A stretch of DNA of 64,000 bases from a bacterium (GCA_965216635.1 OZ244188.1:1216001-1280000); one strand, 5' to 3'; positions 37,761 through 47,972 are shown, counted from the first letter of the stretch. Program-made: numbers and translations. Notes: a model not told the origin generated them from the letters alone.

Positions 37761-38694
37761 GATTGGATTGTTGATTGCCCGATACTCCGCCTACGGCAAA
37801 AATTTTAGGTAACTGTGAAATAAAAAAAGCAACTAACATACCTAGCATAATAAAAATAGCAGCATAAAATAATTCCATAGTGAGCGAAGGAAAAATATTA
37901 CTTTCTATTACAGTTTCTTTTACTAAACTTGTTTCTTTCCAGGGCCAAATTTTTCTCAGAGAACCAAAAGTCAAACCGCCTAAAAAAGCTAAAACAGTTT
38001 TTTCCCATTTTTTCATTATCCAGCCAACAACGTGAACAAAGCAAAGCAATCCTACAATCATTCCAGAATAAAAAAGCAATAAAATAATAGTATTGTTGAT
38101 GATGAAAGGATTTTTTACACTAGTAATAATTAGGCTATATTTTCCCAAAATAACCAAAATAAAAGCGCCACTGATTCCCGGCAATAGTAGTGCGATAACG
38201 GCAATTGTGCCACACAAAAAAATAAACCAGTATGCTGTAGAAGTTTTTATGGGAATGAGACCTAATAAAAAATACCCCACTAAAATACCTATTACGGTAA
38301 AAAAAAGGAAAAAAAAATTGTAAGGAATCTTTTTTAAAAATAGTAAAGTAGAAAGAAAAATCAATCCTAAAAAAAATGACCAGCAATAAATAGGATAGTT
38401 ATTCAGTGCGTAATGGATCAAATTGGCAACTAAAATCAAAGCCAATACTATTCCTGATCCTAGAGGTATAAAAAAGTTCCACTCCACTTTACTAAAAGCA
38501 GTCTTAAAACGAGCGGTTAAAATAAATTTTAAAAAACTGAAATTAAATACCTTTAACGAATGAATCAGGCGGCTATAAATTCCAGATATTAGAGCAATAG
38601 TACCTCCAGAAACACCGGGAATGGGGTCTGCAGAGCCGATAAGAAAACCAACAATTAACAGCTTAAAAAACTTTTTCCAAAAAGAGCGCTTCAT
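37750..38694 (-). CDS. DUF368 membrane protein
   Basis: GSADPIPGVSGGTIALISGIY and LPGISG repeats. Confidence 0.93.
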   Translation of the reverse strand: MKRSFWKKFFKLLIVGFLIGSADPIPGVSGGTIALISGIYSRLIHSLKVFNFSFLKFILTARFKTAFSKVEWNFFIPLGSGIVLALILVANLIHYALNNYPIYCWSFFLGLIFLSTLLFLKKIPYNFFFLFFTVIGILVGYFLLGLIPIKTSTAYWFIFLCGTIAVIALLLPGISGAFILVILGKYSLIITSVKNPFIINNTIILLLFYSGMIVGLLCFVHVVGWIMKKWEKTVLAFLGGLTFGSLRKIWPWKETSLVKETVIESNIFPSLTMELFYAAIFIMLGMLVAFFISQLPKIFAVGGVSGNQQSNHAP

Positions 38695-38696
38695 TT

Positions 38697-40052
38697 TTAT
38701 TTTAAAAGTTTGACGAGTTTTAGAGATAGCTTTTCTGAATTTTCAACACAATCGGAAATTCCTACGCCGTAGTAAGAATTATTGTGAAAATGCAAAGGGT
38801 ATTGTTCGCTAAAATTCTCTATTGCCTTTAAGATAGAAAGATGTTCCATTTGGTATTGTGGGATTGCTTTTTCATAGCGGATGATTTTAGAGTAATTAAA
38901 AGGTTTATCAATATTCGCAAAACGAGAGAGACTATGGGTTACAGATTTAAGAATTTTTTTATCTTCCCAAGAAATCAAATCAGGGTTACGATAACCTCCA
39001 GCATAAGCCTGCACTAAAAAACTTTCCTTGTTGCAACGATAATCTGGGAAAATATTACAAGGAAAATGGGCTCCAAGAAAATCTTTGCTAATATGAGCTG
39101 GCACTAATAAACCAAAACCTTTTAAAGACTTTGGAATGGCGTTTTTTTCAAAACCCAAAGCACAAACGACAAGAGGGACATAAGAAATTTTTTTAAGTTT
39201 TTTTGCGATGGGCGTTTTCTTAAGAACCTGGGCAGCACTATAGGCAGGAATGGAAAGAATAACTCTATCAAAAGCAAGACTCTTTCCATCTTGAAAAACA
39301 CAAATTGTTTTTTCTCTATCCAAAGATTGATTGCTTTTTTTTTGTGGCAGTATAATTTCTTTGAGTTTCATTTCAACCTCTATTCTATCTCCTAGATATT
39401 TAAACATAGATTCTGTGAGATGTTTCATTCCGTGTTTCAGGCTAAGCACTCCTGGTTGTGATTTTTTTTTTCGCAATCCTCTTAATAAAGAGCCGTAAAA
39501 TTTTTCGTATTTTATAAATTCTGGAAAACAGGCTTTAATAGAAAGTTGACTTAAATCTCCAGCGTAAATACCACTAATCACGGGATCTATTAGGTTACAA
39601 AAAAAATTTAGTCCTACTTGTCTTATAAAAAATTCTTTTATACTTTCGTCTTTTTTAGGTTTTTTTTTCTGCAGTTTGAGTAGATTTTTAAAAAGATAAA
39701 TTTTATCTCTGGTATTTAGAGAAAACAAAAAAAAATTCAAAAGATTTGCACCAATCTTGTTTAGGCGATTGTTGTAATAGATGTATCTTAAATTTGTTTC
39801 TGGAGTAGATAGAATAATATCTTTATCTAGTCCTAAAAAAAGACAAAGTCTGTGAATAGATAGTTTTTTATTGGTAAAAAAGGCGGCGGCACTTTCTACC
39901 AAATAATCCTTTTCTAAACTCGTATCTATAACACCACCGCAATCAGCACTCGCTTCAAAAATGGAAATTTGTTTTTTAGGGAAATGATTTTTGACTAACC
40001 ACGAACCCAGAGATAAGCCTGAAATTCCTGCTCCTATTATAGCTATTTTCAT
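38697..40052 (-). CDS. hemY: Protoporphyrinogen/coproporphyrinogen oxidase (HemY type)
   Basis: IIGAGISGL, GIYAGD, AIPQY, YYGVGISDC. Confidence 0.9.
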   Translation of the reverse strand: MKIAIIGAGISGLSLGSWLVKNHFPKKQISIFEASADCGGVIDTSLEKDYLVESAAAFFTNKKLSIHRLCLFLGLDKDIILSTPETNLRYIYYNNRLNKIGANLLNFFLFSLNTRDKIYLFKNLLKLQKKKPKKDESIKEFFIRQVGLNFFCNLIDPVISGIYAGDLSQLSIKACFPEFIKYEKFYGSLLRGLRKKKSQPGVLSLKHGMKHLTESMFKYLGDRIEVEMKLKEIILPQKKSNQSLDREKTICVFQDGKSLAFDRVILSIPAYSAAQVLKKTPIAKKLKKISYVPLVVCALGFEKNAIPKSLKGFGLLVPAHISKDFLGAHFPCNIFPDYRCNKESFLVQAYAGGYRNPDLISWEDKKILKSVTHSLSRFANIDKPFNYSKIIRYEKAIPQYQMEHLSILKAIENFSEQYPLHFHNNSYYGVGISDCVENSEKLSLKLVKLLK

Positions 40053-40189
40053 TATTTTAAAAACCTTTGCATTAGCGTTTTATCTAGCCTATGCTACGTT
40101 GCTCAAATTTTTTATTCCTCAAAATACTCTTATTGCTGAACGCACAATAAGGGTTATAAAAACTCCAGTAGAGCTTTTGCATTGCTTTT

Positions 40190-40325
40190 TTTGCCTTATT
40201 TAGACCACATAACGCAAGTTTTGTAAGCAGCCTGCTCCCATTATTGTGGCGCTACGATATTCCTCGTCATAAAAAACTCTCGCACCTTGCCTAGCAGTCA
40301 CAGCTAGTTTTGTTCTATTTGGCTA
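40190..40325. repeat. Mosaic repeat internal modules
   Basis: TTGCCTTATTTAGACCACATAACGC, CCCATTATTGTGGCGCTAC, CCTTGCCTAGC.GTCACAGCTAGTTTTGT. Confidence 0.75.
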
Positions 40326-40784
40326 ACGCAAAGTTTTTTTAGATTGAATGGGTAAAATTTTGGAAAAAATAAATTCCGCTGCTAAAAAATAACCTTGCAT
40401 ACCACAACCCACAATCACTCCTTGGGCTATAGCAGAAAGATAGGATTTGTGTCTAAAATCTTCTCGGGCATAGATATTAGAAATATGCACTTCCACAAAG
40501 GGAATTTGTGTTGCCTTTAAAACATCTACTAGAGCTACAGAAGTATGTCCGTATGCGGCGGGGTTGATTAAAGCAAAATCTGCGTCTTTATTTTGTTGTA
40601 AAAAATCTACAAGTGCTCCTTCGCTATTGGATTGAAAATCTAGCAGAGCTATTTTTTTTTCGGCAAATTTTTTATGAAGAGCTTGCACGAGGTTTGTTAA
40701 AGATTCATCCCCGTAAATATCAGTTTCTCTGGTGCCTAGAAGATTTAGGTTTGGCCCATTGATGAGTAAAACTTTTTTATTCAT
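40323..40784 (-). CDS. aroQ: Type II 3-dehydroquinate dehydratase
   Basis: NGPNLNLLGTRE, INPAAYGHTS, EVHISN. Confidence 0.97.
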   Translation of the reverse strand: MNKKVLLINGPNLNLLGTRETDIYGDESLTNLVQALHKKFAEKKIALLDFQSNSEGALVDFLQQNKDADFALINPAAYGHTSVALVDVLKATQIPFVEVHISNIYAREDFRHKSYLSAIAQGVIVGCGMQGYFLAAEFIFSKILPIQSKKTLR

Positions 40785-41604
40785 TTGTAAATATGTAGTT
40801 TAGAAAAATAGCAGCAGCAGAAGCTACATTGAGAGAATCTAAACCACCTGAACCTGTAATTTTCCACAAAAAATCACATTTTTTCTGGTTTAGTTTCTGC
40901 ATTCCTTTTTGCTCATTCCCTAAAATCAATAAACAATTTTGAGGTACTTCGCAATGAGAAAAATCTTTGCCTTGTAGAGCTGTTCCCACAATCCAAAAAC
41001 CTTCTTGCTTCAGCTTTTCTATCAAAGAGTTTAGATTATTTACGATACAAAAATCAATTCTTTCCATAGCTCCTGATGAAATTTTAGAAATAGTAGGTGA
41101 AGGGCTAGGGCTACGGTGCCGATTAAGGAATATATTTTTTACACCAAAATAAAGACAACTCCTTAAAATAGAGCCTATATTTTGGGTGTCCTGTAAGTGA
41201 TCTAGAGCTACCCAAATATTTTTTTTTTGCTGTATTTCTTGTTTTTCTCCCTCTTTTTTGTCTGGTGGTGTGTTCAGTGTTTTACCCAAAGGTTTGTTTT
41301 GCTGTTTTATGGGAGCTAATAATTCTTCTAAAGAAAATTTAGGTAAAGTTCCACATTCCAAGACGAGTTGTTGATGATGCTCCCTACCACAAAGAGAAGT
41401 GAGAGCACTATCGGTTAAGTATTGATGAGGGATTTTTTTGTTTTGCAAAAAATTTAAAACGTCTTTCTCTTTTGTAGAATTTTTTATTTTTTCACCCAAA
41501 TAGAGCGTGTAAAATTTTCTACGGTTGGCTTTTAAAGATTCTAAAACAGGATGTAATCCATAAAGATAATCACGGTTAGTGCCTTTTGATAGAGAGGATT
41601 TCAT
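40777..41604 (-). CDS. rlmB: 23S rRNA 2'-O-methyltransferase (TrmH family)
   Basis: YGLHPV, QNIGSILRS, GNEQKG, SLNVASA. Confidence 0.88.
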   Translation of the reverse strand: MKSSLSKGTNRDYLYGLHPVLESLKANRRKFYTLYLGEKIKNSTKEKDVLNFLQNKKIPHQYLTDSALTSLCGREHHQQLVLECGTLPKFSLEELLAPIKQQNKPLGKTLNTPPDKKEGEKQEIQQKKNIWVALDHLQDTQNIGSILRSCLYFGVKNIFLNRHRSPSPSPTISKISSGAMERIDFCIVNNLNSLIEKLKQEGFWIVGTALQGKDFSHCEVPQNCLLILGNEQKGMQKLNQKKCDFLWKITGSGGLDSLNVASAAAIFLNYIFTNE

Positions 41605-41639
41605 AAATATATAACTGATTTTAAGGATAGGGAAGTTTT

Positions 41640-41687
41640 AAGCAATAAGCTTGTTTTGGCTAAACAGAATGCAAATTCAAAGCTCTA
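41640..41687. repeat. Mosaic repeat copy (one TIR)
   Basis: AAGCAATAAGCTTGTTTTGGCTAAACAGAATGCAAATTCAAAGCTCTA. Confidence 0.75.
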
Positions 41688-42665
41688 GAGTGATTCATAA
41701 AAACCCTTCTCTTGCATCCAAGAATCACTATAAAGTTTATTAACATAACGAGTTCCAGAATCACAAAGCACGGCTAAAATTTTTTTTTTATGGACAAGTT
41801 GCTTGCTGAATTTCATTGCTCCAAAAAGACACATCCCAGAAGAGCCTCCAGCATAAATTCCCTCTGAACGAAGCAATTTTTTTGCAGTCAAAAAACCATC
41901 TTTGTCGCTGACTTCAACCCAAGAGTCAATCAGTGAATAATCAAAATTTTTAGGGATAAAATCAGCCCCTACTCCTTCTAAAAGATAGGGTTGTGCCTCT
42001 ATCATTTTTCCCGTTTCAGCGTTCGTTTTTAAGATGGAGCCCACAGCATCTACAGCGACAGTTTGGATTTGTTTTCCCATTTTTTCTTTGAGGTATTTAG
42101 AAGCGCCTGTTACCATCCCTCCAGTTCCTGCTGGAAAAAAAACTATATCTAATTCACCTTGTGTCTGTTCGTGAATTTCGGGTCCTGTTGTGTGGTAGTG
42201 AGCTTCTCTATTAAGAAGGTTGTTATATTGATCAATAAGATAAGAATTTTCTGTTTCAGCTGCTATTTTTTTTGCTACTGAATAGTAAGATTTTGGATCT
42301 TCGGGGGAAACATCAGCAGGACAAATAATAACTTCAGCTCCAAAATTTCTAAGCAGATCAATTTTATCGGGAGACTGTTTGTCACTAATAGTAAAAATAC
42401 ATTTAAATCTATTGACCGCAGCCCAAATCGCAATACCTATACCTGTATTGCCTGAAGTACATTCTACAATAGTGCCTCCTTTTTTTAGCTTACCTGTTTT
42501 TAATGCCTCGTCCAAAATATACTTTGCTATTTTATCTTTGTAAGAGCCACCGGGGTTTAAGTATTCTAACTTTACATAAAAATCGTGGATAGAATCTTTT
42601 GTGATATTTTGTAGTTTTACAATAGGAGTATTCCCGATTGCATCTAAGATGGTTTTGTTTTTCAA
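41685..42665 (-). CDS. Cysteine synthase / cystathionine beta-synthase family PLP enzyme
   Basis: KLEYLNPGGSYKD, TSGNTG, GTGG, EGVG. Confidence 0.92.
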   Translation of the reverse strand: MKNKTILDAIGNTPIVKLQNITKDSIHDFYVKLEYLNPGGSYKDKIAKYILDEALKTGKLKKGGTIVECTSGNTGIGIAIWAAVNRFKCIFTISDKQSPDKIDLLRNFGAEVIICPADVSPEDPKSYYSVAKKIAAETENSYLIDQYNNLLNREAHYHTTGPEIHEQTQGELDIVFFPAGTGGMVTGASKYLKEKMGKQIQTVAVDAVGSILKTNAETGKMIEAQPYLLEGVGADFIPKNFDYSLIDSWVEVSDKDGFLTAKKLLRSEGIYAGGSSGMCLFGAMKFSKQLVHKKKILAVLCDSGTRYVNKLYSDSWMQEKGFYESL

Positions 42666-42752
42666 AATTTTAGCTTTTAGTTTTTAGCTTTTATTATTAA
42701 TAGATTAGCATAGAAAGAAAATTCTGTCTAATAAAAAAAGGGAATTTTACCA

Positions 42753-42953
42753 TTGAAAGCTAGAAAATTTCTACTCCAAGCAGCCAATCTATACAACTTT
42801 GGAAGTATCAATGCGGGCACTGTAGATATACGAACAGTGCAATGAATTCAAAATAACAATGCTACAATTAGTGCAAACAATTTATCTATTGTAGCTCACG
42901 ATTTATACAACCTAAACAAGGCAAACATTAATGGAAGCACTTTAGACATCGCA
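42753..42953 (+). pseudogene. Filamentous-haemagglutinin-like beta-helix repeat fragment
   Basis: LKARKFLLQAANLYNFGSINAGTVDIRTVQ*IQNNNATISANNLSIVAHDLYNLNKANINGSTLDIA. Confidence 0.5.
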
Positions 42954-43015
42954 AGAGTTAAAATTTTTTTTTAACGATGTTTTGGCTAAACAGAACGCTG
43001 ATTCAAAGGTCTCTA
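42951..43015. repeat. Mosaic repeat copy (one TIR)
   Basis: CAAGAGTTAAAATTTT...TTTTGGCTAAACAGAACGCTGATTCAAAGGTCTCTA. Confidence 0.75.
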
Positions 43016-43016
43016 T

Positions 43017-44195
43017 CTAATTTAGAAGTTTATTTTGTTTAATAACATTTTGAGCTAGTGTTAAATAAGATTCTTCTAGTGCAGAAAATTCACACAAATT
43101 TTTCTTATTTGGGCTTGCCTTATTTGGGCTTGTCTTATTTGGTCTTATTTCGGAGCTCGTTTTATTTAGGCTCATTAGGGGCACTCCTTTATCTCCACTT
43201 TGGCGTATTCTCAAGTCCAGAGGTATTTTTCCTAAAAAAGACATTTCTAAGTTTTTGCTTTCTTCTTGTGCTCCACCGGTCCCAAAAATAGCTGTCTCTT
43301 CTCCGCATTTAGGACATATAAAGCTGCTCATATTTTCTACAATACCCATTATGGGAATATCTACTTTTTCAAACATCACCATCGCTCTGCGTGCATCTAT
43401 TAAAGCCAAATCCTGAGGTGTGCTGACAATGACAGCTGCACGCACCTTCAGAATTTGAGAAATAGAAATTTGCACATCTCCTGTGCCGGGGGGTAAATCA
43501 ATAATCATAAAATCTCCGCCTCCCCAAAGAGTGTCTCTGATCATTTGATGAATGGCTTGGTGTACCATGGGTCCCCTCCAAACAATAGAATCTCCTTCTT
43601 TTACGAGGTTTCCTATAGAAATAAATTCTATACCAAATTTTTCTAAAGGTGCCAGTTTTTCTTGATGAGTCGTAAGACGTATATTTCTTGTGCCTGTCAT
43701 CATAGGGATAGAGGGACCGTAGATATCTGCGTCAAAAAGAGCTGTGGAATATCCCAGTTTGTGCAAAGCCAAAGCTAAATTGAGAGCTACTGTAGATTTT
43801 CCAACGCCTCCTTTCCCGCTAGCAACCACTATAATATTTTTATAATTTTGAAGCAAACTTGTATTTTGCGGATTTGCCTGCGCTGGAATTGTTCTATTGG
43901 CGCGTGATTTTGTTTGTGCTTCTTCTGAGCTTACACTCTTGCTAAAGCGAGTATCTTCTATTTCTTCTAGCTCTAGTAGAGCCGAGCTGATTTTTTTTTG
44001 TAAATCTTTTTGTTGTTCGGAATCTAACAGTTTAGAATTATTAAGTTCGGTAGAGAAAAGAAGTTGAATATAAGCAATTTTTTCCTTAACTTCTATGCTG
44101 TGAATTATATTCGTCTCTAATAATTTTTTGCTACCTGCTTTTATAGAGGTAAATTTTTTCCTAATTTTTTCTTCTAATGGATCCATTTTTTTCAA
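43017..44195 (-). CDS. apbC: Mrp/ApbC/NBP35 Fe-S cluster carrier ATPase
   Basis: SGKGGVGKST, DADIYGPS, DLPPGTGD, CPKC. Confidence 0.95.
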   Translation of the reverse strand: MKKMDPLEEKIRKKFTSIKAGSKKLLETNIIHSIEVKEKIAYIQLLFSTELNNSKLLDSEQQKDLQKKISSALLELEEIEDTRFSKSVSSEEAQTKSRANRTIPAQANPQNTSLLQNYKNIIVVASGKGGVGKSTVALNLALALHKLGYSTALFDADIYGPSIPMMTGTRNIRLTTHQEKLAPLEKFGIEFISIGNLVKEGDSIVWRGPMVHQAIHQMIRDTLWGGGDFMIIDLPPGTGDVQISISQILKVRAAVIVSTPQDLALIDARRAMVMFEKVDIPIMGIVENMSSFICPKCGEETAIFGTGGAQEESKNLEMSFLGKIPLDLRIRQSGDKGVPLMSLNKTSSEIRPNKTSPNKASPNKKNLCEFSALEESYLTLAQNVIKQNKLLN

Positions 44196-44215
44196 AATTC
44201 TTTACAAGATTAATT

Positions 44216-45304
44216 TTATCTTTTCCTAACATTTAGTAAAATCCCAATAGCTGCTAAAATAGTAATAGTAGAAGATCCACCATAACTCATAAAGGGAAGT
44301 GGTAAACCAACGACTGGGAATAACCCCATAACCATTCCCATATTGATAATACCTTGACTAGCTAAAATTATAGCCACACCTACAGTGATTACGATTTTTC
44401 GTCTATCACTAAATCTACCAATTTCTTTTAAAATCCAAAAAATCAAAAAACCGTAACTACCAACAACCAGAATGGAGCCTAAAAATCCCCACTCTTCACT
44501 GAAGACAGAAAAAATAAAGTCTGTATGCCGTGCTGGTAAGAAATTGAGTTGTGCTTGCTTGCCTTCTAAAAAACCCTTTCCAAAAAATTTTCCACTACCA
44601 ATGGCGATTTTGGATTGGATAATATGGTATCCCGTTCCTAGAGGATCTTTTTGTGGATCTAGTAAAATTAAAATTCTATTCTTTTGATAATCCTTTAAAA
44701 TAAAAAACCAAATCGCTGGAATAGCAGGCGTGAACATAACAATACTCACAATTATCCATTTAAAACTAATTCCAGAAAAAAATATTAAAGTTCCTGTTAT
44801 AATCAAAAGAATGATAGCTGTTCCTAAATCTGGTTGAACTAAAACCAGAAGGAAAGGCACTAAAGTAATGAAAATAGGAAATAATACACTGGATAGTTTA
44901 GTATTACCTAATCTCCTAGAATCGTGATAATAACGGGCGAGTATTAAGACAATAGCAAGTTTAGCAAATTCTGACGGTTGTATATTAAATCCCGGCGCAG
45001 AAATCCAACGATTGACACTGGCATCCGTTGAACTACCAACATAAAGAACATAGATTAAGGCGCAAATCAACAAAAAATAAAAAGCCCACGCCCAGCGGAC
45101 AAGTAGCTTGTAGTCTAATAAAGTAAAAAAAATCATTGCCCCCAAACCTATACCAAGCCATAAAAACTGTTTAACAAAATAGTTATTTTCCGATTGGTAG
45201 GATAAAGATGCAGAATAGATAGAAATCAGCCCTATAGTACAAAGAAAGAGGACAAGGCAAACCAAAACCCAATCTATATCTGGAGAAAATTTTATGCGAA
45301 ACAT
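44216..45304 (-). CDS. rodA: Rod shape-determining protein RodA
   Basis: QPSEFAK, QPDLGT, GYHIIQSKIAIGSG, HTDFIF, SYGGSS. Confidence 0.95.
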   Translation of the reverse strand: MFRIKFSPDIDWVLVCLVLFLCTIGLISIYSASLSYQSENNYFVKQFLWLGIGLGAMIFFTLLDYKLLVRWAWAFYFLLICALIYVLYVGSSTDASVNRWISAPGFNIQPSEFAKLAIVLILARYYHDSRRLGNTKLSSVLFPIFITLVPFLLVLVQPDLGTAIILLIITGTLIFFSGISFKWIIVSIVMFTPAIPAIWFFILKDYQKNRILILLDPQKDPLGTGYHIIQSKIAIGSGKFFGKGFLEGKQAQLNFLPARHTDFIFSVFSEEWGFLGSILVVGSYGFLIFWILKEIGRFSDRRKIVITVGVAIILASQGIINMGMVMGLFPVVGLPLPFMSYGGSSTITILAAIGILLNVRKR

Positions 45305-45318
45305 ATTTTAGTCTTTTT

Positions 45319-45355
45319 GAGACTTTTGAATTCGGTATTCTAATTCAAAGGTGTC
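45319..45355. repeat. Minimal TIR-only copy of the mosaic repeat
   Basis: GAGACTTTTGAATT-CGGTATTCT-AATTCAAAGGTGTC. Confidence 0.6.
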
Positions 45356-45540
45356 TTCTGTTATTTGTAGCAAATCTTATAAAATTTTGCAAAAAGTTAT
45401 ACCTTTATGTATTTTTTCTTGTGAATAGCGATTCATAGGTAATTTATTCCTATTAAAACTAGGTAAATTTTTCCTAATATGTAAAAAATTCCTATCTGTG
45501 TTTTTTGTTAAGTTATTGTAATAACAGGACAATTATAACT

Positions 45541-45556
45541 TGGCACAGGCTTTGCC
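45541..45556 (+). promoter_or_regulatory. Sigma54 (-24/-12) promoter for the hsp20 pair
   Basis: TGGCAC-AGGCT-TTGC with exact GG-N10-GC spacing, about 60 nt before the ATG. Confidence 0.7.
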
Positions 45557-45616
45557 ATATAGTATGTATGTCCGCGTAGGACTTTTTTAATATTAATCTT
45601 AAACTAAAAAATAATC

Positions 45617-46009
45617 ATGTTATTACAATTATATAATGAAACCTATAAACCAAATTTCTTTCGTCCCTTTTTTATGGATTGGGACAATGCAAAAGAAATC
45701 ACGGATTTTGTTGAACAGGATAAACAATACATTTTCCGTATGGATTTACCAGGTTTTAAAAAGGAGGATGTGAAAGTGGAAGTCAAGGATCATACTCTTA
45801 GTATAGAGGCGAGTAGAAGCCAAGAATACGATGAAAGTAAAGATAAAATTTATCGTAAGGAAAGAAGAGCCTTGAAAAGAAGTGAATTCTACCGAATACC
45901 TGGGAATGTTATAGAAAACAAAATTCAGGCAAAGGTAGAGGATGGTGTCTTGAATGTTTATCTTCCCAAAAAAGAAGAAAGCAAACCTAAATTAATCTCA
46001 ATCAATTAA
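45617..46009 (+). CDS. Hsp20 / alpha-crystallin small heat-shock protein
   Basis: DLPGFKKEDVKV, AKVEDGVLNVYLPK, C-terminal ISI motif. Confidence 0.93.
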   Translation: MLLQLYNETYKPNFFRPFFMDWDNAKEITDFVEQDKQYIFRMDLPGFKKEDVKVEVKDHTLSIEASRSQEYDESKDKIYRKERRALKRSEFYRIPGNVIENKIQAKVEDGVLNVYLPKKEESKPKLISIN

Positions 46010-46013
46010 AAAA

Positions 46014-46361
46014 ATGAAACAGATAGAAAAAGAAAATTTCCAAACTCTAATTCCTCTAACGGATATAGTAGATACGGGAGAGCAACTAGAGTTTTTTGTG
46101 GAAATGCCGGGTGTGAAAAAAGAAAACACTCGTGTAGAACTTGAACAAAGCTCTTTAAAAATTAAAGGCACAACAAAAACAGAGGAAGAGGGAGACGAAA
46201 AAACTCCCATAGGTGGCTACAAGCAATTTTCCCGTGTTTTTAATCTTGCAAGAGACTATCAAGACACTAAGAAAATAGATGCTCGTATAGAAGATGGTGT
46301 TTTAAAGCTGCAAATCAAAAAAGCAGAAGAGCATTTACCGCAGAAAATTGTGGTGCACTAA
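46014..46361 (+). CDS. Hsp20 / alpha-crystallin small heat-shock protein
   Basis: EMPGVKK, FSRVF, ARIEDGVLKL. Confidence 0.9.
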   Translation: MKQIEKENFQTLIPLTDIVDTGEQLEFFVEMPGVKKENTRVELEQSSLKIKGTTKTEEEGDEKTPIGGYKQFSRVFNLARDYQDTKKIDARIEDGVLKLQIKKAEEHLPQKIVVH

Positions 46362-46383
46362 GTTTTCAGCCCGAAGATTGGAG

Positions 46384-46413
46384 AGTCTCGCTATAAGTAT
46401 AGTGAGACTTTTT
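46384..46413 (+). terminator. Intrinsic terminator after the hsp20 pair
   Basis: AGTCTCGCTATA-AG-TATAGTGAGACT followed by TTTT. Confidence 0.7.
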
Positions 46414-46528
46414 AATAAGCCTATGAAACTAGCCCCAATAGTGGGGTAAGCTATGGGGGAAATCTTCGGTTACTGCTTTGACTGGCTCTACAGAAGAGGC
46501 TCGGTTTTAGTGCAAGAACAGACTAGAG

Positions 46529-46559
46529 AAACTCCCGCCTTTGATTTGCGGGAGTTTTT
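46529..46559 (-). terminator. Terminator hairpin after the beta-barrel gene
   Basis: AAACTCCCGC-N9-GCGGGAGTTT. Confidence 0.7.
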
Positions 46560-46563
46560 ACTT

Positions 46564-47772
46564 CTACTTGAAGAGATAGACGAAGCGAATAAAAAGGGCA
46601 GCAGGTGCTTCTACTTCTATCGTTGTTTTTGTAGGCACAGTTCTTGAGGTTTCCTGTCCTCCAGTGTAATTTGGAGTTACTGTTCTTTTTACTAGTATTC
46701 TTCTATCTTCATTACTCGAGCCGAAATTGTTCTTTCTATCATCTAAAAAATAAAGTAATCCAAGAGTACCAGTTGGAGTATTAATACCACCTCCTACCAA
46801 TGCAGAGTCGGTAATAGGAGGCGGTAGCGGCTCTGCTGAGCTTGTTGTTGGCACTGGTGCTGCAGCGCTTTGTTTTACAGAGAGTTTTGCCCCCACCCAG
46901 AGCAGTCCTGCTTCTATGGAAAAGTTTTTGCTAAAATTCCGCTTATAGCCAAAATGAACGGCGGGGGCTATTTTTGAATCCGAGCCTAGCGGAGTTTCTA
47001 GCTTGGCTTGGGCTAAACCTGCTCCTGCATAAAGCCCGTAGGGCAGGTGCCAATCTACTAGTACAATTTGACTGTTCATTTTATCGTCTCCCGCACTCCA
47101 TTGGTGCAGGCTAAAAGAAACACGAAACTTTTCAAAGTCGTAGCCTAGTTGCAATCCGTTACCTGCTAAACTGGTATTTTCGTTGCTAACGGAAACAGAT
47201 GTACTAGAAGAATCTACAAATGTTCCTGTTATAGATGAACTAAAAGAGGCTGCAAGCCCTTGGAAGTAGTTGAAACAAGCATTTTTATTTCCATTGACTG
47301 TAGAGGAAACTGGATTAGAAGTAGCGTCAAAATTACGAGCAAAATAGGTCCCAGCACCACTATAGCTACCATCTTCACAAATATCCACTACAGCAGTTAT
47401 TGCTGTTGCATCGTAATTGGAACTGTAACTACGCCTAATACCATCATCGAAACCCTCTGCACCTGGCGTTGCGTCCAAAGATACATTATTGGGGATACTC
47501 GCACTGAAATCTATACTCGTAGAATCCAATGTTCTTTCGCCAGTAGTCACTACTTCTCTAAGGGTGGTGTTTTCTGTAGTGGTTTTTATTTTAGCGCCTA
47601 GATAAAAGGGACTAACCCCGATAGACCAACCTTGCTGTCTTGCTTCTTGGGCTTGCAGATTATTTACTCCCGCAAAAAGTAAAAACAAGCACGAAAGCGA
47701 AGCTAAAATTGCCAGTGTTATTTTGTTTAATTTCATAGTTTCTTTTGTTTGCCTAATTTCTTTTGTTTCCAT
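46564..47772 (-). CDS. Outer-membrane beta-barrel protein with large inserted loops (probable paralog of 19578-20978; alternative start 47736)
   Basis: Signal peptide ending NLQAQ as in the paralog; GNGLQLGY, LYAGAGL, VHFGYKRN; ends LFIRFVYLFK. Confidence 0.7.
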   Translation of the reverse strand: METKEIRQTKETMKLNKITLAILASLSCLFLLFAGVNNLQAQEARQQGWSIGVSPFYLGAKIKTTTENTTLREVVTTGERTLDSTSIDFSASIPNNVSLDATPGAEGFDDGIRRSYSSNYDATAITAVVDICEDGSYSGAGTYFARNFDATSNPVSSTVNGNKNACFNYFQGLAASFSSSITGTFVDSSSTSVSVSNENTSLAGNGLQLGYDFEKFRVSFSLHQWSAGDDKMNSQIVLVDWHLPYGLYAGAGLAQAKLETPLGSDSKIAPAVHFGYKRNFSKNFSIEAGLLWVGAKLSVKQSAAAPVPTTSSAEPLPPPITDSALVGGGINTPTGTLGLLYFLDDRKNNFGSSNEDRRILVKRTVTPNYTGGQETSRTVPTKTTIEVEAPAALFIRFVYLFK

Positions 47773-47800
47773 AGTTTCTTGTGATTTTATAGTCTTTTTG

Positions 47801-47972
47801 TAGTTAATTTTGGTTATTCAGTTTTATTTTTATAAAACTTTATAAAGAATAACTAAAAAAATAAAAATAGTCAATCTTTTTTTTAGTTAATTTAGATTAT
47901 TCAGTTTTATTTTTATAAAACTTTACAAAGGATAACTAAAAACCTAAAAATAGTCAATCTTTTTTTTTTTAG
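47801..47972 (-). promoter_or_regulatory. Two tandem 83-bp units, each a canonical sigma70 promoter
   Basis: On the - strand: TTGACT(47874-69)-N17-TATTCT and TTGACT(47957-52)-N17-TATCCT. Confidence 0.75.

Noticed and set aside
46453..46647. 64-aa + strand ORF
   Set aside because: It crosses a terminator and the antisense end of the barrel gene, and has no recognisable motif.
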